The notes under the pieces were generated by a model that saw nothing but the letters and a program-made list of their open reading frames with translations, was not told where the DNA came from and made no database searches. A DNA stretch of 63,235 nt, the filler included. It is 4 parts of 4 records of this genome, joined end to end, with 100 filler letters (N's around TTAATTAATTAA, not from the genome) between each part and the next. Parts side by side here need not be neighbours in the genome. Positions count along the whole stretch, not along the records: positions 36,512 to 48,481 come from SRR31156797_30327; 3 more parts are not named here. One strand, written 5' to 3'. The position numbers were made by a program, and so were the translations under genes. Every line of letters begins with the position of its first letter. Position 1 is the first letter of the stretch. Below are positions 38,839 through 48,581 of this stretch, one piece after another.

Positions 38839-40416
38839 TTAGCCATGGTTCATGGCGGCAATGGCGGCTGGAGATTTTGACGTGCGAATCGGTTTGGCCT
38901 CAATGCCCAATTTTTTCATCCTGTACTGAAGGGTGGATCTGGGCATATCGAGCAGGCCGGCGGCACCGTGCTTTCCCCCCACAACCCAACCGCATTTTTC
39001 CAAGGCGTCTTCAATATGTTTTCTTTCCATCTCATCCTTTGTGAGGAATCCGCCCGCATCCCTTTTTTCCGTCGGTTCCAATGGCTGCAACAGCCGATGA
39101 ATATCTCCCTCCGTGATCAAATGCCCCGCCCGTTGAATCATGATCCTTTCCACCAGATTTTCAAGTTCCCGGACATTGCCCGGCCACGGGTACTGACAGA
39201 GCGCTTCGATGGCCGATGAGGAATAGCGTGTTTCGGGCTTTTGCAGCTTTTCCGAACTGTTGGTTGTGAAGCATCTCACCAGGAGAGGGATATCTCCCAT
39301 ACGGTCCCTCAGGGGAGGAATTTTCAGATGTACGGTATTGACGCGATAATAAAGATCTCTACGAAAGGTTCCGTCTCCTATCTTTAGCGGCAAATTCTGG
39401 TTTGTGGCGGCAATAATTCTGAAATCCGCCGAGATGGAAGTGCTCTCCCCCACACGCTCAAAGGCCTTATCCTCCAGCACTTGAAGGAGCTTGGCCTGGC
39501 TTTGTACGGGTAGGTCGCCTATTTCGTCCAGGAATGCGGTGCCGCCGTCGGCCATCTCAAAACGACCGATCCTTCGATTGCCGGCCCCTGTAAATGATCC
39601 CTTGGCATGTCCGAAAAGTTCGCTCTCGATGAGCGTGGGGACCAGAGCGGCGCAATTGACCTTGACAAATAGATGGTTTTTGCGCCAGCTTAAATTGTGT
39701 ATGTAACGGGCTATGTGGTCCTTGCCCGTCCCCGTTTCGCCGCTGATAAGAACGCTGGTATCCGTATCCGCCACCAGATCCACATCGCGCATGAGGGCCA
39801 CCATGGCGGCGCTGTTGTAATAAAATTTCTGACTCAACCGATCCAGTCTTTCAAGAACATACCGCTTTTCTTTCTCAAGTTTTTCATTGATATGTCTCAG
39901 TTTGTCGTAGGACAGCATGTTGTCGATGGCAATGGTGATCTGAACGGATAGTTCCTCAATGAATGAGCACAATTCCTCCAGGTTTTGAGGACACACTTTA
40001 AATGAGAAGTGAAGGGAACCTAAGATTTTTTCTCTGATAATCAAAGGGAAGGCGATGGTGGATCGCAGACCCTCTTTCCACATGGATTCGGCTGTGGTTA
40101 ATTGATCGACCTTGGACAGGTCCCTGATGATGACGGGCTTTCTCGATTCAATGACCATTCGGGCCACTGATCCTTTGGGCAAGGGTCTGCTGCTTTCACA
40201 GCTGATTCCGTCAGGCTTAATCCCTTCCGCGGTGGCAAAATAACTAAGCGAATTATTTTTTCGGTCATAGAGATGGATGCCGCAACGGTCATAGGGGAAA
40301 AGCTTTTTGAGTTCGATGGCCAATGCCTTGAAGAGCCCCTCGCGCGTGTATTGGCTCAAAATAGCATTGTTGATTCTCAAAAAAGACAAATACTTTTTAT
40401 ATGAATTCCAAGGCAT
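38839..40416 (-). CDS. GAF-domain sigma54-dependent activator (FhlA/NifA-like)
   Basis: GETGTGK, ESELFGH..GSFTGA, FLDEIGD, RDLYYR, WPGNVREL, C-terminal Fis HTH. Confidence 0.93.
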   Translation of the reverse strand: MPWNSYKKYLSFLRINNAILSQYTREGLFKALAIELKKLFPYDRCGIHLYDRKNNSLSYFATAEGIKPDGISCESSRPLPKGSVARMVIESRKPVIIRDLSKVDQLTTAESMWKEGLRSTIAFPLIIREKILGSLHFSFKVCPQNLEELCSFIEELSVQITIAIDNMLSYDKLRHINEKLEKEKRYVLERLDRLSQKFYYNSAAMVALMRDVDLVADTDTSVLISGETGTGKDHIARYIHNLSWRKNHLFVKVNCAALVPTLIESELFGHAKGSFTGAGNRRIGRFEMADGGTAFLDEIGDLPVQSQAKLLQVLEDKAFERVGESTSISADFRIIAATNQNLPLKIGDGTFRRDLYYRVNTVHLKIPPLRDRMGDIPLLVRCFTTNSSEKLQKPETRYSSSAIEALCQYPWPGNVRELENLVERIMIQRAGHLITEGDIHRLLQPLEPTEKRDAGGFLTKDEMERKHIEDALEKCGWVVGGKHGAAGLLDMPRSTLQYRMKKLGIEAKPIRTSKSPAAIAAMNHG

Positions 40417-40507
40417 TTTCGGCTCCAATTCTGTTACGGCGTGGTGGGGCGAGGCAGGGGAAAGTGCTCAATTGGATCACCATAAGCGATTATCAGAGAG
40501 GATTCAA

Positions 40508-40554
40508 GCCAAATATTCGGCACTTGCGCCTAAAACTGGGCTCAGAAATTGGGC
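40508..40554. promoter_or_regulatory. Putative activator binding sites (UAS)
   Basis: GCC-N8-GGC at 40508 and 40528 (20-bp spacing) and CTC-N8-GGC at 40541; IHF-like ATTCAATGTCTTA at 40598-40610. Confidence 0.5.
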
Positions 40555-40625
40555 ACGCCGAACTTCTTTATTTATATGAAAAACAGTTTATCCGTTAATT
40601 CAATGTCTTATGTCTTATGTAGGTG

Positions 40626-40642
40626 TTGGCACGCGTATTGCT
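40626..40642 (+). promoter_or_regulatory. Sigma54 promoter
   Basis: TTGGCACG-CGTA-TTGCT, a full consensus match next to a divergent activator gene. Confidence 0.9.
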
Positions 40643-40693
40643 ATAAGCCTATGCTGTTCAGTATGGAAACCTATTTCCTAATAGGAGGGTCTG

Positions 40694-41923
40694 ATGGAAA
40701 AACATCTGGAGGGCGTAAGGGTTATAGATTTGACGGCGTATCTGTCGGGACCTTTTGTGAGTTTGAATCTGGCGGCCATGGGAGCGGAAGTGATTAAGAT
40801 TGAACGGCCCAAAATCGGCGACCCATGCAGGTGGAATCCGCCGTTCGCCGGCCCTGACGGGGTCGGGTACCGGAGTCGGAGTGATATCGATATATCGCTG
40901 CTGTACTTGAAGCGAAATCGCGGAAAGAAAAGCATTTCACTGAACATGCGAAATGAGAAGGGGAAAAAGATTCTCGAACGACTGGTGGAAAAGGGAGACG
41001 TGGTCGTGGAGAACTTCGCCCCGGGCAGTATGGACCGCTTAGGCTTTGGCTATGAAAGGCTCAAAGAGATCAATCCCCGGATTATCTATTGTTCCATTTC
41101 GGGCTATGGGCAAGATGGGCCGTATCGGGAGCGAACCGCTTTTGACCTTACCATCCAGGGGACCAGCGGCATCATGGGCGTCACCGGTTTTCCCGAAGGG
41201 CCTCCCACACGTTGCGGGGCCTGGGTGGGAGACATGATCCCCGCCATGTACGGCCTTTCCGGCATTCTGGCGGCCCTCTATTCCCGCGAAAAAACGGGAA
41301 AGGGCGAAAGAATAGACATATCCATGCAAGATTGCTGTTTTTCCATGATCATGGATGAAGCCCTTGACTTCCATCTTGAGCAGGGGATCCCCATGAGAAC
41401 GGGAAACAGGAACCCCAGATTGGCGCCGTGGAATGCCTATCAGGCGAGGGATGGATATATCCTTATTTGCGTGGCCAACAATGTGCAATGGGAGGCCTTT
41501 GTGGACGCCGTGGGAAGAGACGATCTGAAGGAAGATCCCCGGTTTCAGAATCAAGAAGGACGTTTCAGAAACTCTGATGCAATCGAAAGGATTGTGTTCG
41601 AGTGGCTGAAAAGCTTAACCGTTGAAGAGGCGCTGGAGCGTTTGCGGGAAAAGAGGGTGGCGTGTGACGCCGTACTCGAGATCGAGGATGTTCTCCATGA
41701 CCCGCAACTGGAATTCCGCGGGATGATACAGGAATTGCATCATCCCAAAAGCGGCAGGACCGGTATCAAGACCGCAGGATTTCCCGTCCATTTCACCGAG
41801 TCCCATGCCGGGCTCACGGAATCCGCCCCTTACCCCGGCCAACATAACGAAGAAATTTATACAGGGTTGTTGGGGATTTCCGAAGAGGAGATACTCAGGT
41901 TGCAGGACGAAGAGATCATTTGA
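40694..41923 (+). CDS. Family III CoA-transferase (CaiB/BaiF)
   Basis: LEGVRVIDL..GP, GAEVIKIE, NRGKKS, ENFAPG, SGYGQDGP, GD, P..GQHN. Confidence 0.92.
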   Translation: MEKHLEGVRVIDLTAYLSGPFVSLNLAAMGAEVIKIERPKIGDPCRWNPPFAGPDGVGYRSRSDIDISLLYLKRNRGKKSISLNMRNEKGKKILERLVEKGDVVVENFAPGSMDRLGFGYERLKEINPRIIYCSISGYGQDGPYRERTAFDLTIQGTSGIMGVTGFPEGPPTRCGAWVGDMIPAMYGLSGILAALYSREKTGKGERIDISMQDCCFSMIMDEALDFHLEQGIPMRTGNRNPRLAPWNAYQARDGYILICVANNVQWEAFVDAVGRDDLKEDPRFQNQEGRFRNSDAIERIVFEWLKSLTVEEALERLREKRVACDAVLEIEDVLHDPQLEFRGMIQELHHPKSGRTGIKTAGFPVHFTESHAGLTESAPYPGQHNEEIYTGLLGISEEEILRLQDEEII

Positions 41924-42016
41924 AAGGAGGTGATAAACAAAGGGGGGATCTGATCGAGGAAAGGTCCAGGGTTCAAGTCGCCAATTACCACTTTATCTCA
42001 AGGGAGGGGATCCATC

Positions 42017-43051
42017 ATGGTAAGAAAAAAGATATGTTTGTTTTCTTTATTGATTTCTTTAATTTTCTTTGGCGGGATCATTTTGCTCCATTCCAACGCT
42101 TTGGCTGAAAAACCAATCTTGATTAAATTCAACTATGCAGGACCCAAATCACCTCCAAGCATGCACCCCCTGAGCCAGGCCATTGCATATCTCGGCAAAA
42201 AGCTGGAAGAAAATTCAAAAGGAAGATTCAAGGTGGAAATCTACTGGGGAGCGTCCCTTTATAAAGACGACCCCACCCAGTATGCAGCCCTCAGGTCCAA
42301 TGTCATCCAGATGGCCGAAGTGAGCGGGGGTAGGCTGGGCGGAGAGATTCCCGAGACCTTTCTGATGGAGTTTCCGTTCATTTTCAGTGACATGAACCAT
42401 GTTTACCGCTTTATGGATGGCGCTGGGAAAAAGCTCTTTGAGCCCCTCTATCTCAAAAAGGGGTATAAGCTCATGGGGTTCTGGCCATACGGTTTTCAGA
42501 ATTTTGTCTGCAGCAAGGGATTTCTTACCGCACCCGGGGACTTCAAGGGAGTGAAACTGCGAATCAGACCGTCGAAAATTGTGGCGGCCCAGATGGAAGC
42601 ACTGGGCGCCAGCGCTCAGCCCATACCCTACATGGAGACCTACAATGCCCTTCAGCTAAAGACGGTGGACGGGGCCGAGTGCCCCCTTGCGGTTATCCAG
42701 GCGGTTAAATGGCACGAAACCGGGGATTTTATCACCATTTCCAGGCACAGTCTCCTCTTTGCGGCCATCATCGTCAATCCCAAATTTTACAATGGCCTGC
42801 CGAAAGACCTTAAAAAAGTTTTTGACGACACCTTCGCGGAAGCCACCAAATTTGAACACGACGTTCAGGAAAATATAGAATACAAAATGCCCTGGATCAT
42901 GATGTCGGAAATACCGGAACTCCAGTTTAAATGGTTGACCGAAAAAGAGCGGGGGGCGCTCAAGGAAAAGACCAAACCGGTCCAGGAAAAATTCGGGCGA
43001 AAAATACCACAGGAATTTTTTGAGGCGGTGGAGGTCACCCGTACCCAATAA
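42017..43051 (+). CDS. dctP: TRAP transporter substrate-binding protein
   Basis: Signal peptide; PFIF, DFKG.KLRI, LGASA.P....E.Y.AL...VDGAE. Confidence 0.9.
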   Translation: MVRKKICLFSLLISLIFFGGIILLHSNALAEKPILIKFNYAGPKSPPSMHPLSQAIAYLGKKLEENSKGRFKVEIYWGASLYKDDPTQYAALRSNVIQMAEVSGGRLGGEIPETFLMEFPFIFSDMNHVYRFMDGAGKKLFEPLYLKKGYKLMGFWPYGFQNFVCSKGFLTAPGDFKGVKLRIRPSKIVAAQMEALGASAQPIPYMETYNALQLKTVDGAECPLAVIQAVKWHETGDFITISRHSLLFAAIIVNPKFYNGLPKDLKKVFDDTFAEATKFEHDVQENIEYKMPWIMMSEIPELQFKWLTEKERGALKEKTKPVQEKFGRKIPQEFFEAVEVTRTQ

Positions 43052-43125
43052 GGAGAAATCATATTTTAATCCAATCAGGCCTCTTGGGCCTGATTGGAAG
43101 GAATCTTTACGCCGAGTTGACAGAT

Positions 43126-43629
43126 ATGAAAATAGGTGAAGCTATTTACGTGTTTGAGAAGTGGGCCGTCATTGTACTCCTTGGCTTTACGGTGACTCTC
43201 AGTTTTATTCAAGTCATCTTAAGGTATTTTTTTAACGCCGGTTTTGCATGGGTCCCCGAGATTGTCGTGTTCTCCTTTATCAGCATGACGCTGTTGGGCG
43301 CCAGCACGGGCATCAGAAACGGGGTACATATCGGCGTGGATGTCATCGTCATACTTCTGCCCCTCCAATTCCAGAAATTCTCCGATATTTTCACCAAGTT
43401 ATGTGGGGCCGCGCTCTTCCTCTTCATGAGCTATCTCACCTTTAAATTCGTTTTGTATTTTCGTGAGATGGGGCAACTTTCAATCATCACCGAAATCCCC
43501 ATCTGGATGATGATCGCCTATATGCCCGTGGCCTTTCTCTTCATGGCGTTCCATTATACGGAGCTTTTATGGGAGGCATGTCGCAAAGACAAGGCCGATT
43601 TCGTGCGGTTCAAGAAAGAACATCTTTAG
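43126..43629 (+). CDS. dctQ: TRAP transporter small permease
   Basis: QVILRY.F..GFAW..E, GAS.G.R.G.HIGVD; four TM helices; start uncertain (TTG 43084 possible). Confidence 0.88.
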   Translation: MKIGEAIYVFEKWAVIVLLGFTVTLSFIQVILRYFFNAGFAWVPEIVVFSFISMTLLGASTGIRNGVHIGVDVIVILLPLQFQKFSDIFTKLCGAALFLFMSYLTFKFVLYFREMGQLSIITEIPIWMMIAYMPVAFLFMAFHYTELLWEACRKDKADFVRFKKEHL

Positions 43630-43695
43630 TGAATGCAACCCTTGCGGTTGAAGCTGAAAAAGCAAGATGATCATTTATTTGAGGTAGTTTGATTC

Positions 43696-44997
43696 ATGGA
43701 AAATCCGATTGTTCTCATCAGTTCGCTCATGACAATCCTTTTTGTTCTCATGTTCTTCGGAGTTCCCATAGCTGTTGCCCTGGGCGTTTCCACCACCATC
43801 AATCTGATTATCTTCACGGATATGGATCTCCTCTTTATCGGGCAGAATGTCTATGCGGCCCTTGACAGTTATGCCCTTCTGGCCGTCCCTTTCTTTATCC
43901 TTGCCAGCAATATTATGGCCCAGGCGGGGATTGCCAGGCGGCTTCTGGTTTTTTCCGAGGCCATTACCGCCGGTATCACCGGGGGCTTGGGAATGGCGGG
44001 GGTCCTGGCCTGTGCCATCTTTGCGGCCATCTCCGGGTCAAGCGTGGCAACCGTTGTCTCCATCGGTACAATCGTCCTTCCGGGCATGTTGAAAGAAGGC
44101 TATGACAAGAAATTCGCCACTGCCCTGATCTCCTGCTCCGGTTCTTTGGGTATCCTCATTCCACCCAGCATATTGATGATCATCTTCGGGGTTCTGGCCG
44201 ATGTTTCCATCGGGAAACTTTTTGCCGCCGGCATGCTTCCCGGAATCATGTTAACGATTTTTCTCATGATTTACGTGCATATCATTTCAAGAAAAAGGAA
44301 ATATCCCAAATCGCCCTCCCTTTCCTTAAAGGAAAGATTGCATAAGATCGTCCAGAACGGCTCGGCATTGATCGTTCCCATCATGATATTGGGCGGCATT
44401 TACGGGGGCGTTGTGACCCCTACGGAGGCCGCTGTCCTGGCCATTTTCATCGGAATTGCCATGGGGTTTTTCCTCTATAAAGAGTTGAAGATCAGTCATC
44501 TTCCGGATATTTTTCTCCGTTCCGCAGAGATGTCTTCAATGATCCTGCTGATACTGGCATTCGCCTATTCCTTTGCTTTTCTGTTGTCTTTTTTCAGGGT
44601 TCCCGACCTCCTGACGCAAATCATGTTTGATGCGGGCATTAACGCCTGGATGTTTCTCCTGTTAATCAATGTTATCCTCTTTTTTGCAGGGGACTTCATG
44701 GATCCCGCATCCATCATGCTCATCTTCACCCCGCTGATTGTTTCCCTGGGGGCCGCTTTGGGAATCAACCTCATACACCTGGGCATCGTCGTCGTCATGA
44801 ACCTGGAGATCGGTTTAATTACGCCCCCAGTTGGATTTAACCTGTATGTGGGCAGTTCCTTGTCCCAGCTATCTCTCTATGATGTTATGAAGGCGGCTGT
44901 TCCCATCATGATCATCATCGGGATTGCCCTCATTCTGATTACCTATATCCCATGGATAAGTCTCATCGTGCCGAAACTCATTTTCGGATCGGTGTAG
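43696..44997 (+). CDS. dctM: TRAP transporter large permease
   Basis: LLAVPFFILA, SGSS.A, GILIPPS, TPTEAA, TPPVG. Confidence 0.92.
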   Translation: MENPIVLISSLMTILFVLMFFGVPIAVALGVSTTINLIIFTDMDLLFIGQNVYAALDSYALLAVPFFILASNIMAQAGIARRLLVFSEAITAGITGGLGMAGVLACAIFAAISGSSVATVVSIGTIVLPGMLKEGYDKKFATALISCSGSLGILIPPSILMIIFGVLADVSIGKLFAAGMLPGIMLTIFLMIYVHIISRKRKYPKSPSLSLKERLHKIVQNGSALIVPIMILGGIYGGVVTPTEAAVLAIFIGIAMGFFLYKELKISHLPDIFLRSAEMSSMILLILAFAYSFAFLLSFFRVPDLLTQIMFDAGINAWMFLLLINVILFFAGDFMDPASIMLIFTPLIVSLGAALGINLIHLGIVVVMNLEIGLITPPVGFNLYVGSSLSQLSLYDVMKAAVPIMIIIGIALILITYIPWISLIVPKLIFGSV

Positions 44998-45027
44998 CAA
45001 AACTTTATTGATAAGGAGGATGCATTT

Positions 45028-45555
45028 ATGGCGGGAATCGAACCGGATGATGTCATTCAGATCCTGAGGATCTTGGAGGAATCGACCTTTGATGAGTTGC
45101 ACCTGGAAATGGGTGAACTCAAATTGGCGGTCAGCAAACGTGGTAAAAAGGGAGGTCCGGTGGATGGATTGAAGCCCGACGATCATGATTCGATCGAATC
45201 GAGGACTGCCGAGGAGCCGCTTGTTCCGGAAAGAGTTGAAAAGCCCCATCTCCCGCAACCGTCGGATCTCGACGAAACGGGTTTTATGGCCATTAAAGCC
45301 CCCATGCTCGGGGCTTTCTACACCGCCCCCAAACCCGGGGCCCCGCCATTTGTGGCGGTGGGCCAATGGGTATCGGAAGGTGATTCCGTTTGCATCATTG
45401 AAGTCATGAAACTCTTTAATACGGTCAAGGCAAACATCAATGGCCGTATTGCCAAAATCTGTGCGGAAAATGGGCAAATGGTAGAATACCAGCAGACACT
45501 TTTTCTGGTGGAAGAGGTCGATGCCGCTGAAACGGATGAGGAGGAAAACGCGTGA
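45028..45555 (+). CDS. accB: Biotin carboxyl carrier protein
   Basis: APMLGAFY..P.P, IIEVMKLFN biotinyl-lysine motif. Confidence 0.88.
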   Translation: MAGIEPDDVIQILRILEESTFDELHLEMGELKLAVSKRGKKGGPVDGLKPDDHDSIESRTAEEPLVPERVEKPHLPQPSDLDETGFMAIKAPMLGAFYTAPKPGAPPFVAVGQWVSEGDSVCIIEVMKLFNTVKANINGRIAKICAENGQMVEYQQTLFLVEEVDAAETDEEENA

Positions 45556-46937
45556 CGAAGAACATCTCCCGCGTTTTGGTGGCCAACCGGGGTGAAATTG
45601 CTGTTCGCATTGTCCGGGCGTGCCGGGAACTCGGCATAGAATCGGTTGTTGCGGTCTCCGAAGCGGATAGCGAAAGCCTGCCGGCAAAGTTGGCCGACAG
45701 AGCCGTACGCATCGGTCCGCCGGCGCCCATGCAGAGTTATTTGAAAGTAGACGCCATTCTGGCGGCCGCCCTGGGAACGGGATCGGATGCCGTCCATCCC
45801 GGATACGGTTTCCTCGCGGAACAGCCTAAGCTTGCCGAGTTGTGCGTGGCGCACGGTCTCGTTTTTGTGGGGCCCAAGGCCGATGACATTGAGCGTATGG
45901 GAGACAAACTCTACGCACGAAAGCTGGTGGAAGGGCTCGGGATTTCAATTATTCCCGGATCAGAGCTGGTATGCCATTCTAAAGAGGCGGCGGAAGCAGC
46001 GGAGAAGGCCGGATATCCTGTTTTATTGAAAGCGGCTGCGGGCGGCGGCGGAAAGGGAATGAAAATCGTTATGAAGCCCGAAGGTCTGAGGACCGTCTTT
46101 GATGAGGCTTCGGTGGAGGCGTTGAACTCATTCGGGGACGATAGGATCTATGTGGAGCATTATATCCCCAATGCACGACACATTGAGGTTCAGATCATCG
46201 GGGATCGATTCGGAAATGTCCTGCATCTGTTTGAACGGGATTGTTCGCTTCAACGCCGCTATCAGAAAATGGTCGAAGAGGCACCCTCGCCCGCGGTGTC
46301 ACCTGAACTCAGAGAGGCGTTTTGTGAAGCAGCCGTCAGGATTGCCAAAGAGATCGGGTACGAAAATGCCGGCACCGTGGAATTTCTGTTGGACCAGGAT
46401 CAAGGTCGATTCTATTTCCTTGAAATGAATACCCGCATTCAGGTGGAGCACCCGGTGACGGAGATGATCAGCGGTATTGACCTGGTCAAGGAGCAGTTCA
46501 GGGTGGCTTCCGGGGATTCCTTCAGTGTAACCCAAGAGGAAGTCAAATTGACCGGTCACGCCATCGAGTGCCGGATAAACGCGGAATCGCCAACCGCAGG
46601 GTTTGCACCTTGCCCCGGTAGAATTGGCCAATGGAACGTGCCGGACCGGGAAGGGGTCCGGATTGATTCCCACTGCTATCCGGGATATTTCGTTCCCCCA
46701 TATTATGATTCGCTTCTTGCAAAGCTCATTGCCTGGGGAAGAGACCGTGATCAGGCCATTGGATCCATGCAGGAAGCCCTTATGGATTTTTCTGTTTCGG
46801 GTATTGATACCACGATACCTTTTCACCGTTTTATCATGAAGAACCCTGACTATCTCAAAGGGCGAATAAACACAGGTTGGATAGAAAATAACTTGGTTAA
46901 GGAGTATGAAAGAGATGAAGGAAATCAGTTTCGTTGA
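45552..46937 (+). CDS. accC: Biotin carboxylase
   Basis: ANRGEIAVR, HPGYGFLAE, GGGGKGM, ERDCS.QRR, EMNTRIQVEHPVTE, YYDSL. Confidence 0.92.
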   Translation: MTKNISRVLVANRGEIAVRIVRACRELGIESVVAVSEADSESLPAKLADRAVRIGPPAPMQSYLKVDAILAAALGTGSDAVHPGYGFLAEQPKLAELCVAHGLVFVGPKADDIERMGDKLYARKLVEGLGISIIPGSELVCHSKEAAEAAEKAGYPVLLKAAAGGGGKGMKIVMKPEGLRTVFDEASVEALNSFGDDRIYVEHYIPNARHIEVQIIGDRFGNVLHLFERDCSLQRRYQKMVEEAPSPAVSPELREAFCEAAVRIAKEIGYENAGTVEFLLDQDQGRFYFLEMNTRIQVEHPVTEMISGIDLVKEQFRVASGDSFSVTQEEVKLTGHAIECRINAESPTAGFAPCPGRIGQWNVPDREGVRIDSHCYPGYFVPPYYDSLLAKLIAWGRDRDQAIGSMQEALMDFSVSGIDTTIPFHRFIMKNPDYLKGRINTGWIENNLVKEYERDEGNQFR

Positions 46938-48384
46938 TACCACATTGAGGGATGGCCACCAGAGCCTCTGGGCAACGCGGATGAAGACAGCCCACATGTT
47001 GCCCATTGCCCCCGTAATAGACCGGGCCGGGTTTAAGGCTGTGGAATTGATGGGAACGGTCCATTTTGACGCCTGTCTCCGTTATCTGCGTGAAGACCCA
47101 TGGGAGAGGATCAGACTCCTTGCCCAGGCCATGCCGAACACCCCGTTGCGGGCCCTGATCAGGAGTAAATCGCTCACCAGTTTCAATATCGTGCCCGACG
47201 CCGTTATAAAGCTTTGGATTGAGCGGTGCGCGGCCAACGGGATCAAGCATCTGATGATATTTGATGCGTTGCACGACTGGAACAATCTTTTAAAATCGGT
47301 TGCGACGGCCAAAGCCGTGGGGATTGAAGTGGTTGTGCCTTTGGTTTACTCCTTAAGCCCAGTCCATACGGATGAATTTTATGCCCGTAAAACCGCTGAA
47401 ATGATCGAGACCTTGAACCCGGATTCGGTGATGATCAAAGATTCCATCGGACTCTTGACGCCTGATCGGACCCAGACATTGGTCCCGGTCATCAAGGGAG
47501 AGATCGGAGATCTGCCCCTTGAGATGCATTCTCACTGTACCACCGGGCTCGCCCCCTTGTGTTGTCTTGATTCGGCGGCGTTGGGCGTCGACATCATTGA
47601 CACGTGCGTCTCCCCTTTGGCCAATGGTCCATCCCACCCATCCATGGAAAACATGATCAAGAACCTGCGCAGACTCGGATATACGCCCAGGGCGGACGGG
47701 GAAGCGGTTAAGAAAATGACCGAACATTTCACATATGTAGCCAAAAGGGAGGGTAAGCCCATGGGGGCTCCCGTTGAATATGACGTCTTCCAATACATCC
47801 ACCAGGTACCCGGCGGCATGATCTCCAACCTGGAATTCATGCTTTCCGAAAGGGGGATGGAGCATCGTCTGGAAGAAGTCCTGGAAGAGGTTGGCGTCAT
47901 ACGTGAGGAATGGGGTTATCCCGTTATGATTACGCCGTTCTCCCAACTGGTGGGCACCCAGGGTGTGTTGAACGTCCTTTTAGGAGAGAGATATAAAGTC
48001 GCCACTGAGGAAGGCATAAGGTATGTGCTGGGGCATTACGGAAAAACGCCCTCGCCCGTTGATCAAAACGTGTTGGATAAGATCACAAGCCTGCCGGAGG
48101 CGAAGGGCCTCCTGGACTGGGAACAACCTCAGCCGTCCATTGAGGACTTGAGAAAAGAGATTGGACGTCCGGGAATATCAGACGACGAACTATTGCTTCG
48201 GGTTTTATTCCCGGAGGAGCATGTGGAGGCGACCATTTCAGCCGGTCCCATAAAAAAGGACTACCCGAGGGGAGATAAACCGGTTTTGGCCCTGATCCAT
48301 GAATTGACAAAGCGAAAGGATATCTCCCGCATTGATGTCCAAAAGGAAGGATTTTCCCTGAGTCTTAAGAACAATGGCCGTTGA
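46915..48384 (+). CDS. Pyruvate-carboxylase-B / OadA-like carboxyltransferase without a biotinyl domain
   Basis: DTTLRDGHQSL, EDPWER, KD..G, HSH.T.G, HQVPGGMISN, GYP...TP.SQ; AAGGAG spaced for ATG 46915. Confidence 0.88.
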   Translation: MKEISFVDTTLRDGHQSLWATRMKTAHMLPIAPVIDRAGFKAVELMGTVHFDACLRYLREDPWERIRLLAQAMPNTPLRALIRSKSLTSFNIVPDAVIKLWIERCAANGIKHLMIFDALHDWNNLLKSVATAKAVGIEVVVPLVYSLSPVHTDEFYARKTAEMIETLNPDSVMIKDSIGLLTPDRTQTLVPVIKGEIGDLPLEMHSHCTTGLAPLCCLDSAALGVDIIDTCVSPLANGPSHPSMENMIKNLRRLGYTPRADGEAVKKMTEHFTYVAKREGKPMGAPVEYDVFQYIHQVPGGMISNLEFMLSERGMEHRLEEVLEEVGVIREEWGYPVMITPFSQLVGTQGVLNVLLGERYKVATEEGIRYVLGHYGKTPSPVDQNVLDKITSLPEAKGLLDWEQPQPSIEDLRKEIGRPGISDDELLLRVLFPEEHVEATISAGPIKKDYPRGDKPVLALIHELTKRKDISRIDVQKEGFSLSLKNNGR

Positions 48385-48481
48385 ACACGGATCATTCATG
48401 GGTCGATACCACCTGAGGCCCGAGATGGGAAAACCGTAACGCCTTAAAGTTAGGGCCTCGGCAAAAAATACATCCACCATC

Positions 48482-48581
48482 NNNNNNNNNNNNNNNNNNN
48501 NNNNNNNNNNNNNNNNNNNNNNNNNTTAATTAATTAANNNNNNNNNNNNNNNNNNNNNNNNNNNNNNNNNNNNNNNNNNNN
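48482..48581. other. Artificial contig linker
   Basis: N-run with TTAATTAATTAA. Confidence 0.98.

Noticed and set aside
45028-46937. accB-accC as a fatty-acid-synthesis acetyl-CoA carboxylase
   Set aside because: The partner is a PycB-type carboxyltransferase in an inducible catabolic operon; the symbols denote family only
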